DNA from: an uncultured Fibrobacterota bacterium | Lineage (GTDB): Bacteria > Fibrobacterota > Chitinivibrionia > Chitinivibrionales > FEN-1185 | NCBI GenBank assembly: GCA_963753345.1 | Contig: CAVWBU010000023.1 | Coordinates: 25,987 to 89,986, forward strand | DNA: 64,000 nucleotides | Direction: 5' to 3' | Program-made: the position numbers and the translations under genes | Shown: positions 10,237-19,988 of the stretch, piece after piece | Layout: the number at the start of each line of letters is the position of its first letter | Position numbering within the stretch: position 1 is the stretch's first letter | The notes under the pieces: model-generated | What the model was told of the DNA's origin: nothing | Seen by the model: the letters and a program-made list of their open reading frames with translations, nothing else | Databases searched by the model: none

Positions 10237-10274
10237 ATAGAAAAGGCAGACGCGCACTTCATCCAAGGAGCATC

Positions 10275-10556
10275 ATGTCCGGTTCCGCACAGAGAAATCT
10301 CGACCAGATCCTGGCGGGGTTCGAGCGCAACATGATAGAGAAAACGCTGCGGGACACACGCGGGAACCAGAGCGAAGCCGCAAGGATACTTGGCATTTCC
10401 AAACGAAAAGTGCAATACAAGGCCAGAAAATACCGAATCGATTGCAGAGCGTTCAAGGACCGTCACCTGTCGGAAAGGAACATGCTTTTCCCCTGGCAAC
10501 CGCCCGCGGATGCAAACCGTAACACCAGCGAGGATTTCCACAGTCTTCTTCCGTGA
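10275..10556 (+). CDS. Stand-alone Fis-type HTH protein, paralogous to the C-terminus of the upstream NifA-like activator
   Basis: RBS aaggag. FERNMIEKTLRDTRGNQSEAARILGISKRKVQYKARK aligns with YEKELIMEALKDARGNQTKAAQILGTTKRVVQYKTRK. Confidence 0.8.
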   Translation: MSGSAQRNLDQILAGFERNMIEKTLRDTRGNQSEAARILGISKRKVQYKARKYRIDCRAFKDRHLSERNMLFPWQPPADANRNTSEDFHSLLP

Positions 10557-10685
10557 CTTCATGTGGGCCTGGCGAGCGCGGATCGGCACAATTCCCGCCT
10601 ATTCATCCATTCCCGCAAACCCATTATCGGCAATCTTCTCTTTAGTCAACATGTTCCGCCAAGTTTCATGGTGATGTGGAGCGAT

Positions 10686-10724
10686 ACAAAATTGTGTCCA
10701 AAGAGTCGTTTATTACAATTTTGT
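10686..10724. promoter_or_regulatory. Paired palindromic enhancer candidates (ACAAAATTGT, ACAATTTTGT)
   Basis: Two near-identical palindromes 29 nt apart, 70-110 nt upstream of the amtB sigma54 promoter. Confidence 0.55.
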
Positions 10725-10795
10725 CCGATCATCAGCATTGACCGCAGTTGTGCACGATTCAGCCTTTCATAGCGGAACAATGTCCGCTTTGACAA

Positions 10796-10811
10796 TGGCA
10801 CGGATCTTGCA
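10796..10811 (+). promoter_or_regulatory. sigma54 -24/-12 promoter of amtB-glnK
   Basis: TGGCACGGATCTTGCA is a consensus match. Confidence 0.88.
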
Positions 10812-10921
10812 TTTCCAACCACTCCGGAGGAATATCACAAGTAAACGGCATCAGGCATTGTTGCAAGATACCCTAAACACTCATCAAAGATAGAACGGTT
10901 TTAAAACAGGAGGAGGATGCA

Positions 10922-12280
10922 ATGGTGAAAAAAGCTTTTGTGGCCATCGTACTCGGGTTCATCCTGGCGGCGGTCATGCATTCGGTCGGACAACCCGTCG
11001 CCTCGGCGGACACGGTAAAAGCGGTAATTTCCGCCGCGCCCGCTCCAGCCCCGGCTCCCGCCGCGATTCTCAATTCCGGAGACACGGCATGGATGATCGT
11101 GGCCACCGCGCTCGTTATGCTCATGACGCTGCCGGGGCTTGCATTGTTTTACGGCGGCATCGCAAAGCGCAAGGACACTCTTAACGTGATCGCCATGTCG
11201 TTCGTCACGTTTGCAATCGTGAGCGTGCTGTGGGTGATTTACGGATATTCCCTTGCCTTCGGCACCGACGTGCACGGCATTATCGGCAACCTGCAGAAAT
11301 TCATGATGAGCGGCATCAAGGTCGACACGCTTTCCTCGTATCAGAACACCATTCCCGAGTTCATCTTCGTGGTGTTCCAGCTCACCTTTGCCGCGATAAC
11401 GGTTGCGCTGGCAAGCGGCGCGTTCATCGAGCGGATGAAGTTTTCGGCGTGGATATTGTTTTCGATATTGTGGCTCACGTTCGTGTACTGTCCGGTCGCC
11501 CACTGGGTGTGGGGCAACGGCTTCCTCGCCAAACTCGGAGCGCTTGACTTTGCGGGAGGGACCGTGGTGCACATCAACGCCGGCATCGCGGCACTCGTGG
11601 GCGCGCTGGTGCTCGGAAAACGCAGGGAACCCTCGCTTATCCCAAATAACCTTGTTGCGACCGTGACCGGCGCGGGTCTTTTGTGGTTCGGGTGGTTCGG
11701 GTTCAACGCAGGGTCGGCGCTCACCGCGAGCGGACTCGCCTGCGCCGCCTTCATCAACACCAATACGGCAACCGCCATGGCCGCGGTCGCCTGGATGGTC
11801 ACCGAATGGATATTCCACAAAAAGCCAACGGTGCTGGGGCTTGCCTCGGGCGCGGTTGCCGGGCTCGTTGCGATCACGCCGGCGGCCGGTTTCGTCAACG
11901 TGGGCGGCTCAATCATCATCGGAATTCTGGCGGGCGTGGTCCCCTATTTCATGGTTGCGTTCGTCAAGGAGAGGCTCGGCTACGACGACACTCTCGACGC
12001 ATTCGGCATCCACGGCATCGGCGGGACGGTCGGCGCGCTTCTCACCGGGTTCCTTGCCGACCCCGCGATCAACGCGGCGGGCAGAGGCCTGTTCTACGGC
12101 AATCCGGCCCAGGTGAAAATCCAGCTCATCGCCATAGGCACGACCATCGGGTACGACGCGGTTGTCACCTTCATCATCTTCATGGTCGTCAAGGCCGTGG
12201 TGGGCGTCCGCGTGAGCGCAGACGACGAACTTGTGGGAATGGACCAGAGCACGCACGGCGAACGGGCAATGGGATACTGA
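10922..12280 (+). CDS. amtB: Ammonium transporter AmtB
   Basis: GDTAWMIVATALV, FQLTFAAIT, LDFAGGTVVH, LWFGWFGFNAGS and DDTLDAFGIHG. Confidence 0.97.
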   Translation: MVKKAFVAIVLGFILAAVMHSVGQPVASADTVKAVISAAPAPAPAPAAILNSGDTAWMIVATALVMLMTLPGLALFYGGIAKRKDTLNVIAMSFVTFAIVSVLWVIYGYSLAFGTDVHGIIGNLQKFMMSGIKVDTLSSYQNTIPEFIFVVFQLTFAAITVALASGAFIERMKFSAWILFSILWLTFVYCPVAHWVWGNGFLAKLGALDFAGGTVVHINAGIAALVGALVLGKRREPSLIPNNLVATVTGAGLLWFGWFGFNAGSALTASGLACAAFINTNTATAMAAVAWMVTEWIFHKKPTVLGLASGAVAGLVAITPAAGFVNVGGSIIIGILAGVVPYFMVAFVKERLGYDDTLDAFGIHGIGGTVGALLTGFLADPAINAAGRGLFYGNPAQVKIQLIAIGTTIGYDAVVTFIIFMVVKAVVGVRVSADDELVGMDQSTHGERAMGY

Positions 12281-12316
12281 CCGCACCACCAAACATTTGC
12301 AACAAAAGGAGAGACC

Positions 12317-12664
12317 ATGAAATACATCGTAGCAATCATCCAGCCGTCGCGGCTCGAGGCCGTGAAGGAGGCCTTGAGCAAGTTGGAAGTGTTCCGCCTC
12401 ACCGTCACCGACGTGGAGGGCATCGGCCGCCAGAAGGGACATACCGAGGTATACCGCGGACACGAGTACAAAATAAGCTTTATCTCCAAAGTCAAACTTG
12501 AGATCGCCGTGGACGACAAGCATGTCGAGCCCATTGTGGAGGCGATCGCATCCGCTGCCCGCACGGGCAAGGAAGGACAGATCGGCGACGGCAAGATATT
12601 TGTCCTCCCGCTCGATGACGTGATGCGGATAAGGACCCGGGAACGGGGCGCGGAAGCGTTGTAG
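12317..12664 (+). CDS. glnK: PII nitrogen regulatory protein
   Basis: GIGRQKGHTEVYRGHEY T-loop and ARTG...GDGKIFV; directly after amtB. Confidence 0.95.
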   Translation: MKYIVAIIQPSRLEAVKEALSKLEVFRLTVTDVEGIGRQKGHTEVYRGHEYKISFISKVKLEIAVDDKHVEPIVEAIASAARTGKEGQIGDGKIFVLPLDDVMRIRTRERGAEAL

Positions 12665-12669
12665 GAAGA

Positions 12670-12700
12670 AGTTCAAAGTTGACAGTTGACGGTTGACAGT
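12670..12700 (+). repeat. Heptamer tandem repeat (agttgac-like, about 4 copies)
   Basis: agttcaa agttgac agttgac ggttgac agt. Confidence 0.6.
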
Positions 12701-12754
12701 AAACGAATAAATGCAACCCTGATCTTGGTTAACTACAATGACAAAGGAAACATC

Positions 12755-13543
12755 ATGAAAAGAATGACTTTCAATCTCCTACTCGCTGCAGCGGTCCTGC
12801 TGTGCCTCAGGACGGCACAGGCCACGCCTTCCACGCAGATTTGGATTCCGTCAACCGACATACAGGGATTCGGTGTCCTTCATCTGGGGTGGGATTCCTA
12901 TATCAAGACACGCCTGGCGGCGGGAGATGTGGGTACCGTTACCAATGGAGGCATAACCGTCGGCGTGTTACCGTTTAAGAAAGTCGGCATGGAAATCGGC
13001 CTTGACTACAGGGATATCAGCTCCAACCACATATATCCGATGTACTTCAATGCCAAGCTGGGGGTTCCTGAAGACGCATTTTTCAAATACATGCCTGCTG
13101 TCGCAATCGGGACTTTCGATGCAGGCACGAAAACCGGCGGCGCAAGTCTCACGAATTTCAACATTACGTACGGCCTTATTGCAAAGAACATCTGGAAGCT
13201 CGGACGCATTTCGGCAGGATACTACGTGGGCAACGACAAAGCCCTCCTTGTTCCGAAAAAGGACGCGCAGGGATTTCTTGTGTCGTGGGACCGTACCCTC
13301 ACCGAAATTTCCGACAAACTATGGCTTGCCGTTGATTACATGGGAGGCTACAACAGCTACGGCGAGTTGAGTGTCGGTGCCTCGTATGCAGTGACGCCCG
13401 ACGCGAGCTTCATCGTCGGATACGACGTTTGGAGTGACGTAAATTCCACGCCGTTGGTCCAGGCAAAACCCACGGTAACGGTCCAGTTTGACGTCAATCT
13501 CCCCGCAATCCAGGATTGGTTTAAGAAGCCGGAAAAGAAATAA
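12755..13543 (+). CDS. Outer-membrane beta-barrel (porin-like) protein in the amtB-glnK operon
   Basis: RBS aaagga, signal peptide ending AQA-TPSTQIW, amphipathic strands, VTVQFDVNL near the C-terminus. Confidence 0.75.
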   Translation: MKRMTFNLLLAAAVLLCLRTAQATPSTQIWIPSTDIQGFGVLHLGWDSYIKTRLAAGDVGTVTNGGITVGVLPFKKVGMEIGLDYRDISSNHIYPMYFNAKLGVPEDAFFKYMPAVAIGTFDAGTKTGGASLTNFNITYGLIAKNIWKLGRISAGYYVGNDKALLVPKKDAQGFLVSWDRTLTEISDKLWLAVDYMGGYNSYGELSVGASYAVTPDASFIVGYDVWSDVNSTPLVQAKPTVTVQFDVNLPAIQDWFKKPEKK

Positions 13544-13581
13544 TAGTGATTGACAAAATGATACTAATTAAGAATTCTGGT

Positions 13582-14081
13582 GGGGGAAGTATCCCCCTGG
13601 GGTGCAGCCTCCTCGGAAAGGTTTTGGTTTGTCTTGTTTGTCAACCTTTCCTGTGGGGTCTGCACCCACACCCCCTCCTGGGTAGCCGCCTTGATAAGGC
13701 AGTTGTAAGACCACACATTGTTGTGGCGGCACCGATGGAGAGTAGTTGAGAAGTTGAGGAGTTGAGAAGAAAACGCGTTGAAAAGTTGAAGAGTTGAAAC
13801 GTTGAATGGTTAAGAAGTTGACACATATACGGGTAGACGCATTAACGCGTTCACGTATGCGTGTTTTTAACACCGATTGGCGCGAAAAATGTAAATTGAC
13901 AGAATAGATTTCTTATGCCGCGCGTTAGGTGGACCGGAGGGTGCGTAAGAGCGAATTGCCGGCCGACCCGGCCGACAGGCATAGGGCGGTCCGGCAACGA
14001 GGCCGAATGGCCGAGCCCGGAGGGAGACCGACCCCTTGCAGAGTCGCACGACCGTGCGACTCCGCAAGGGGGAACGCCCAA
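13582..14081 (-). repeat. Composite structured element (module A 14081-13872, 8-mer tandem tract, module B 13748-13582)
   Basis: The reverse complement matches the composites at 28903 and 33370. Confidence 0.85.
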
Positions 14082-14091
14082 TTCTTTCTCA

Positions 14092-15591
14092 TCATTTTAA
14101 AACAGCAACCACACCCGAAACCACCATATTACCTAATTCGTACGTGACAACATACAACCCGTTCCTCACTCTTTCACCACGCAGATCTGAATAATCCCAG
14201 ATAAGAGCGGAAGACGATGATGAAAGAGAGCGCACCAGCCGTCCCTGCATCGAAAAGATGTTGATGCGAAAACCGGCAGACGAAACGCCGCGCATGCCGA
14301 TGATGCACCTGTTTGCCGACGCGTTCATCGTCATTGCCGGTTGAAGGTCTTTCAATCCCCCCTTGCCTGCATCAACAACCTTTGTCGCCGGCGGAGCGTA
14401 CACTTCGAACTCGAACATGGAATAGCCGAACCCGGAGAGGCGCTGGAGGCATCGGACGCGCACGAACCGCGCCTGGGTCTGGGCAATCTTGATCGGCCGC
14501 TTTTCCCAGCCTTTGCCGTCGGTGATGTGGGCGACGGTCGTCCAGCCGTCATCGTCGTCGGATGCCGCAAGGGCAATCTGCAGCAGGTATTCCTTTGCGC
14601 CCGAGTCTTCCCAGTTGAGAAAAACCGAGTCTACCGTGAAAACCGCTCCGAGGTCGACGTAGACCCACGCGGAGTCTTTGTTCGGGTCGTTCTTGTAATC
14701 GGTCCCCCACCTGGTCGAGGAGTCATCGTCGACCACGTTCGCGGCGACAAGGTCGCCGCCTTCGGCGCTTGTGCATTTTGCAAACTTCTTGCACGCGAGG
14801 TTGATTTTCGCTTTTTTGGAAAATGAAAGCGAGGCCCAATTGCTCGTGACGTTGCCGCACGGAGAGGAAACTGTGCACCGGAAAACGGCACCGCTGTCCA
14901 CCAACGTCGGCTTGAAGGCGTAATAGGCTGCCGTCGCCTGTGGAATATCATGGTACGTGGCGTCGATCAAGCCCATGCGCTGCCACTGAAACGACATGTC
15001 GGTCCCGTCTGCATCCACATAGAAGGAAGTGTTGAGCCCGGCCGTGTACGTCCGGTCGGCCGGGTCGGCGGCGATCACCGGCGGAACGCAGCCGGTATAA
15101 TTCCCGTACACCTCGAATTCCCATATCGAGTACGCGAAGATCGACGCGCGCTTGTATCCCTGCATGCGCACATAGCGCGCCTGGACAGGCACGAACGTGA
15201 TGGACCGCGTCTCGCCCTGGGTTCCGTCGGTGATGTGCGCCGCGGTGGTCCAGCCGCTGTCCGTTGCCGGAAGCGCGGTGGCGACCTGAATCGCGTAGTC
15301 CTGGCCGGCCGCAGTTTCCCAGTAGACAACAACAGAATCGACCGCGTACTGCACGCCCAGGTCAACGTAGATCCATTCGGAATCGGTGGTGAGGCTTTCC
15401 CACCGGTCGGTAAGAACGCCGTTGACGGCCTTTCCGGGCGGGTTGTCCTCGCCCACGCTGGAGGAAAAAACAGGGCGGTAGAGCGCGAGATTGGGTCGGC
15501 CGAAAACGTTTGAAACCAGCAATGTTGCCAGCAGGATGAAAAATGCGGACGTGACAATGCGGACATGATCAGGGAATGTAATCGATTTCAT
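14092..15591 (-). CDS. Secreted protein: two discoidin/F5-8 type C (CBM32-like) domains, an Ig domain and a T9SS-like tail
   Basis: NLALYRPVFSSS...WIYVDLG...ARYVRM...YSIWEFEVY occurs twice; tail IFSMQGRLVR...NGLYVV. Confidence 0.85.
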   Translation of the reverse strand: MKSITFPDHVRIVTSAFFILLATLLVSNVFGRPNLALYRPVFSSSVGEDNPPGKAVNGVLTDRWESLTTDSEWIYVDLGVQYAVDSVVVYWETAAGQDYAIQVATALPATDSGWTTAAHITDGTQGETRSITFVPVQARYVRMQGYKRASIFAYSIWEFEVYGNYTGCVPPVIAADPADRTYTAGLNTSFYVDADGTDMSFQWQRMGLIDATYHDIPQATAAYYAFKPTLVDSGAVFRCTVSSPCGNVTSNWASLSFSKKAKINLACKKFAKCTSAEGGDLVAANVVDDDSSTRWGTDYKNDPNKDSAWVYVDLGAVFTVDSVFLNWEDSGAKEYLLQIALAASDDDDGWTTVAHITDGKGWEKRPIKIAQTQARFVRVRCLQRLSGFGYSMFEFEVYAPPATKVVDAGKGGLKDLQPAMTMNASANRCIIGMRGVSSAGFRINIFSMQGRLVRSLSSSSSALIWDYSDLRGERVRNGLYVVTYELGNMVVSGVVAVLK

Positions 15592-15631
15592 GTCCCCCCC
15601 TTCCCGAAAAGCATGAAACCATTTTGCACTA

Positions 15632-15934
15632 TCAGGCGATCTTAATGCCGGTGGTCCGTATTTCCCTCTGAAATCCGACAACGTCCTTTCCGGCGATAAA
15701 AAGATGCGGCTCGATCAGAGCGTCTATTTCCCTTCGCGTCTTGAAGAGCTTTTTGAGCAAGGAAAAGTAGTCCTCAGTGAGCCCACTCGTAAAGATGCCG
15801 ATGTCGATATCACTGTCCGGGAAGGCGGTACCGCGCGCGCATGAGCCGAAAACCCATGCGCTTTCCACATCGACAATGCCGCGTATGGCCTCCACATACC
15901 GCTTGGCCTTCAGGATAATTTCATCTTTATCCAT
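15632..15934 (-). CDS. Minimal nucleotidyltransferase (MNT antitoxin-like)
   Basis: WVFGSCARG...DSDIDIGIF...IEPHLF. Confidence 0.85.
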   Translation of the reverse strand: MDKDEIILKAKRYVEAIRGIVDVESAWVFGSCARGTAFPDSDIDIGIFTSGLTEDYFSLLKKLFKTRREIDALIEPHLFIAGKDVVGFQREIRTTGIKIA

Positions 15935-16020
15935 GCGTAAAGCTCCTCCGTCTTTCCGAGCACCAATTTCGCATACGCTGCATCCATTTTCACGAGCAGT
16001 GCTTCTTTCATGACGGCCAT
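15910..16020 (-). pseudogene. Remnant C-terminus of a HEPN-domain gene
   Basis: Hand translation MAVMKEALLVKMDAAYAKLVLGKTEELYAWIKMKLS* overlaps the MNT start, as in HEPN-MNT pairs. The N-terminal part is absent. Confidence 0.55.
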
Positions 16021-16154
16021 CCTGTTGTTTGTCTAAAGATAAATCATGTAAACAAGGCAGCCTATCTCCAAGAAAGGTTACTGTCAAGGAAACCCCGGCC
16101 GGGTCAGATCATCCTTTCTCCGATCAAGAATACCCCCAGCACATGCGCAGTCGT

Positions 16155-16841
16155 TCACCTTGCCGCAGAATGGGGCGCACCATAGCTCTCCATTGCAAAC
16201 GGTTTCCCGTGCCCGGGATAAACCACTGTGACATTCATCTTGCTTAACCTGTCAAGGCTGCCGCGGAGCGCCGCTTCGTTTTCGATGATGTTCGCGCTGT
16301 CCGGTTTCTTCCTGTTGACAAAGGTGTCCCCTGCAAACAGGTCGCCCGAATCGGTCAGAATCCCGATCGAGCCGGGAGTGTGGCCGGGAAGATGGACAAT
16401 CCTCGCGTTCAAACCGTATTCCTTGAGGCTTTGTCCGTCGGAAAGCAGAATGTCCGGAGCAAATTTCGGAACGCTCACCCGTTTCCCCAGCAGGACCCTC
16501 ACCATCATCCTCACGGTAAAAAGCATCCTGTACGAAAACGGCCGCACCTTGCGTTTAAGGAACACGCCCTTCTCCACCTGGTTTACATCGCCGGAATGCA
16601 TCGCGATCTTCACCTTGTACTTGTCCCGAAGCCGCAGCGCGTTCCCCGTATGGTCCCCATCTCCATGGGTAATGAGCACCACCTTGAGACTGCCGGGCAC
16701 GCAGCCGGCCGACTGCAATTCCCTCTCCAGCATTTCCCCTTGAAAGGGCAAACCGGTGTCAATTATAACGTACCCGTCTCCGGCCTTAAGAAGATATGCA
16801 TTGACAAAACCCAATTCAATCACCCTGATGTCATTGTTCAT
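16155..16841 (-). CDS. MBL-fold metallo-hydrolase
   Basis: IDTG, THGDGDHTG, PGHTPGS, AGD and YPGHG. Confidence 0.92.
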   Translation of the reverse strand: MNNDIRVIELGFVNAYLLKAGDGYVIIDTGLPFQGEMLERELQSAGCVPGSLKVVLITHGDGDHTGNALRLRDKYKVKIAMHSGDVNQVEKGVFLKRKVRPFSYRMLFTVRMMVRVLLGKRVSVPKFAPDILLSDGQSLKEYGLNARIVHLPGHTPGSIGILTDSGDLFAGDTFVNRKKPDSANIIENEAALRGSLDRLSKMNVTVVYPGHGKPFAMESYGAPHSAAR

Positions 16842-16858
16842 ACCCTATTCCTCCTTGT

Positions 16859-18151
16859 TTACAAAGAATCGGTGACTTCTTCCGAACGTTCTATGCCCTC
16901 CTCCACCGCAATGGTGATTTCCCTTTCCGGCGCGGGCATGCTGTTTCCTGCCTGCCGGATGCCCCCTGAAAAAATGAAGGCGCCCAGAATGCACAGCGTG
17001 CCTCCCGCGAGAAAGGCATTCGGCGCGCCGATGGCCCCGGCAAGCACGCCCGCAAATAAATTGCCAAAGGGAGCCATCCCCAAAAAGGCCATTGCATAAA
17101 ATGCCATCACGCGGCCCCTTTTCCTGTCGTCCGCCAACACCTGAAGCAGCGTGTTGCTGGAGGCTATCTGGACCATCATCCCGCATCCGACAACAAGCAG
17201 CGCCAGCATGGAAAGCCAGAAACTTTTCGAAAACGAAACCGCGATGAGCCCGACCCCGAACAGCCCTGCCGCAAAAGGTATCAATTTCCAGACGTCATAA
17301 CTGTTTTTCCTTGACGCGAGGTACATCGCGCCGATCAACGCGCCCATTCCGGTGGCGCCAAAAAGGAAGCCGAGCGTATGAGGCCCCCCTCCGAGGACTG
17401 CCTTTGCAAACACGGGCATCAGCACCTGATACGACATTCCCAGGAGGCTCACCAGCGCCAAGAGCAGTATGGTGGACCGCATGGGGACCGATTTGTAAAT
17501 ATAGGCGAATCCTTCCGAGAAATCATGGATGATGCGCGGGTTTGCGGGCTCCCTTTTCCTCGGCGCGATGTTCATGGCAAGCAGGGCCACGATTATCATT
17601 GCATAGCTTGCGGCGTTGACGAAAAAGCAGACCCCTTCGCCCGCCGACGCGATGAGAATGCCCGTAATCGAAGGTCCCACCAGACGCGCGCCGTTCACCA
17701 TGGACGAATTAAGGGCGATCGCGTTGCCGAGGTCCTCCTTTTTTTCGATCATCTCGACGACAAATGATTGACGGGCGGTAACATCGAAGGCGTTGATTAT
17801 CCCCAGGCAGGCATTGAGGACAATGATCCACGGCACCGTGATTGCGCCGGTCACCACGAGGACAGCGAGGACAGCGGCCTGGATCATGGCAAGCGCCTGG
17901 GTAACGAGAAGAATGTTCCTCTTGTTCCACCGGTCGGCCAGTACTCCGCCGAGCGGTGAAAGAAGAAAGGAAGGTATCTGACTCACGAATCCGACAATGC
18001 CCAGCATGACCGCCGAATTGGTGAGCCGGTACACCAGCCAGGCGGTTGCCACGCGCTGCATCCAGGTGCCGATCAGCGACGTGCCCTGCCCGACAAAGAA
18101 CAGGCGATAATTCCTGTATTGTAAAGCTCTGAAGGTTGACTTGAGGGACAT
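16859..18151 (-). CDS. MFS transporter (MFS_3/DHA3-like)
   Basis: RNYRLFFVGQGTSLIGTWMQ, GGVLADRW and RGRVMAFY; about 12 TM segments. Confidence 0.92.
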   Translation of the reverse strand: MSLKSTFRALQYRNYRLFFVGQGTSLIGTWMQRVATAWLVYRLTNSAVMLGIVGFVSQIPSFLLSPLGGVLADRWNKRNILLVTQALAMIQAAVLAVLVVTGAITVPWIIVLNACLGIINAFDVTARQSFVVEMIEKKEDLGNAIALNSSMVNGARLVGPSITGILIASAGEGVCFFVNAASYAMIIVALLAMNIAPRKREPANPRIIHDFSEGFAYIYKSVPMRSTILLLALVSLLGMSYQVLMPVFAKAVLGGGPHTLGFLFGATGMGALIGAMYLASRKNSYDVWKLIPFAAGLFGVGLIAVSFSKSFWLSMLALLVVGCGMMVQIASSNTLLQVLADDRKRGRVMAFYAMAFLGMAPFGNLFAGVLAGAIGAPNAFLAGGTLCILGAFIFSGGIRQAGNSMPAPEREITIAVEEGIERSEEVTDSL

Positions 18152-18399
18152 AAGCAGGTACGGAAAAAGCCTTTGCGGGTTACCTTTGTGCTGACTCGAA
18201 AGATAATTCTTCCGCAACGACGCTGCGAAGGACGACTGTTCTGTTTTATCACAACAAGAGGACGCCGCACCAGCCGCCTTTCATCATGGTCTGGCAAGAA
18301 CCATGAAGATGGCAATGGTTGATAATTTGCAAATGAGCTTCGATCACGAACCAAACATAGGGATGAGGAGCTCCGCGCCAGAATCACGAGGTCGGTTTC

Positions 18400-18714
18400 T
18401 CAAGCTTCGATTCCCGCATATCTCACATTCCGGGAATTTGCAAAAACGCGAGGCCTTCTATTGATGGTTACCCCGTGCCTGGCCCTCACTTCCGCCTCGG
18501 CTCTCAACCAATCTTCCAGATCTTTTCCCGGCGTGCGATGGTGTTCGCAAAATATCTCATACGCCCGTTTCCGTATTTCGGCTCTCAGCAGCAGGCGTGC
18601 CGTCAATTCCTCGGCGCCAACGGCGACCGCGCTTCCCGCGGGCGAACCGCCTCGGCCCCACATAACCAGCGGCATTGCGTTGAGTTTTCTTCCGTTCGCC
18701 ATACGTTCCTCCAC
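18400..18714 (-). CDS. DUF2934 domain protein
   Basis: EIRKRAYEIF...GKDLEDWLRAEAEV. Confidence 0.8.
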   Translation of the reverse strand: MEERMANGRKLNAMPLVMWGRGGSPAGSAVAVGAEELTARLLLRAEIRKRAYEIFCEHHRTPGKDLEDWLRAEAEVRARHGVTINRRPRVFANSRNVRYAGIEA

Positions 18715-18792
18715 CTTTAATTCTCGACAACCCAGCCCTGTTCCCGGGATTTCCTTTTTCCTGATTATTAGACCGGAAGCGCTGTGTTCCCG

Positions 18793-19809
18793 TTACCGTA
18801 TACCGGCAAGAAGAGCGACTCGACGGGCGTATTCGTTGGGAAGGTGGTCGGGCAGGAGCTTCTTGTAGTCCTTGCTCTTGAGATTTTTCCAGATCGTTGC
18901 GGCGTACAGATAACCGTTCCTGAATTCGTTGTGGGTGAGGCTGTAGTCGTATCCGCCGGGAAGGTGAAGCACCACCTCATCGCCCAGGTGGCGGTAGATG
19001 CCATGCCACGACGGGTGGAGCGAATCCGCCGGGTTGCCCGACGCCGGCAGCGTGGGCGGAATAAAGGGGACCGGATCGTCGTCATTGACAAACCGTATAA
19101 CCGGAAGGCACCGGTACGCCACGACGGTTGACTCCGCAAGCACCTTCGGCTGGCCGAAGGTGTACACCGGCCCCAGAAAGAAACCGGCCTTCTGCAGGTG
19201 AATGGCAAGAAGCAAAGCGACGGCCCCGCCCAGCGAGTGGCCGGTGATGTAAAGCCGCGCGTGTGCGGCAATTTTTGAACGGATGAGGGGCTCAAGCCGC
19301 TCGGTGGCCTGCAGAAAGCCCCTGTGCACCCAGGCGCCGATTATCGGATCATACGCTTTGGGATAGTCAAAGTCCTGGATGACATTTTCGACGGAAAACG
19401 TGCCCCGGATGATTATCCACACACGGCCGCCGGCCGAGTCGAACCAGATGCACGCTTTGTTGCCGGCAAGATAGGGAACCGGCAAACTTCCCACGCTGTC
19501 GATCCAGACCGTTCCCAGCTGTTTGAGCGAATCGTTGCACAGATAAGAAAGCCAGGAAAGACGCGCGGCAAGGGCGGCTTCCCTGAAATTGACGGCCGGC
19601 ACGCCGGCGCTTGCGCTGTCGGCGCTGCACCAGCCTTGAGGAGCGCAAAAGGCCGAATCGGAAGGGCCCGGTGCGCATACGTCAATAATGCCGCCCGCGC
19701 CAAGCACGCAAACGCGAGGAGGAAGGGTTGCAACGCAGGCAAGACCAACCACGGCAATGGCGGGAAAGAGCCTGGCCGCACGACGGAAAATCGCGTTGGA
19801 GCAGATCAT
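18793..19809 (-). CDS. Secreted class 3 lipase
   Basis: IIIRGT, VHRGF, TGHSLGGA, YTFGQP, VNDDDPVP and DHLP. Confidence 0.88.
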   Translation of the reverse strand: MICSNAIFRRAARLFPAIAVVGLACVATLPPRVCVLGAGGIIDVCAPGPSDSAFCAPQGWCSADSASAGVPAVNFREAALAARLSWLSYLCNDSLKQLGTVWIDSVGSLPVPYLAGNKACIWFDSAGGRVWIIIRGTFSVENVIQDFDYPKAYDPIIGAWVHRGFLQATERLEPLIRSKIAAHARLYITGHSLGGAVALLLAIHLQKAGFFLGPVYTFGQPKVLAESTVVAYRCLPVIRFVNDDDPVPFIPPTLPASGNPADSLHPSWHGIYRHLGDEVVLHLPGGYDYSLTHNEFRNGYLYAATIWKNLKSKDYKKLLPDHLPNEYARRVALLAGIR

Positions 19810-19958
19810 CGTTCCGCCATTTCCTGGAAATCCATCAAGGCCGGAGGGAACAGGATTAATGATACATAATAAATTCGGCCGAAGCAATCATTAATCCGCG
19901 AGGGATTTCACTCCTCGCCTCGCCTCTCCCCGGATACTCCGGGTTCGGCTTCTCCAAT

Positions 19959-19988
19959 TTGACAAAAACCCCGGATAAACCTTATATT
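19959..19988 (+). promoter_or_regulatory. sigma70-type promoter with conserved spacer
   Basis: TTGACA-aaaaccccggataaacct-TATATT (18-nt spacer). Confidence 0.6.

Noticed and set aside
19893-19955. Possible extra fragment of module A (reverse ends in atccctcgcg)
   Set aside because: Too short and divergent to align with confidence.
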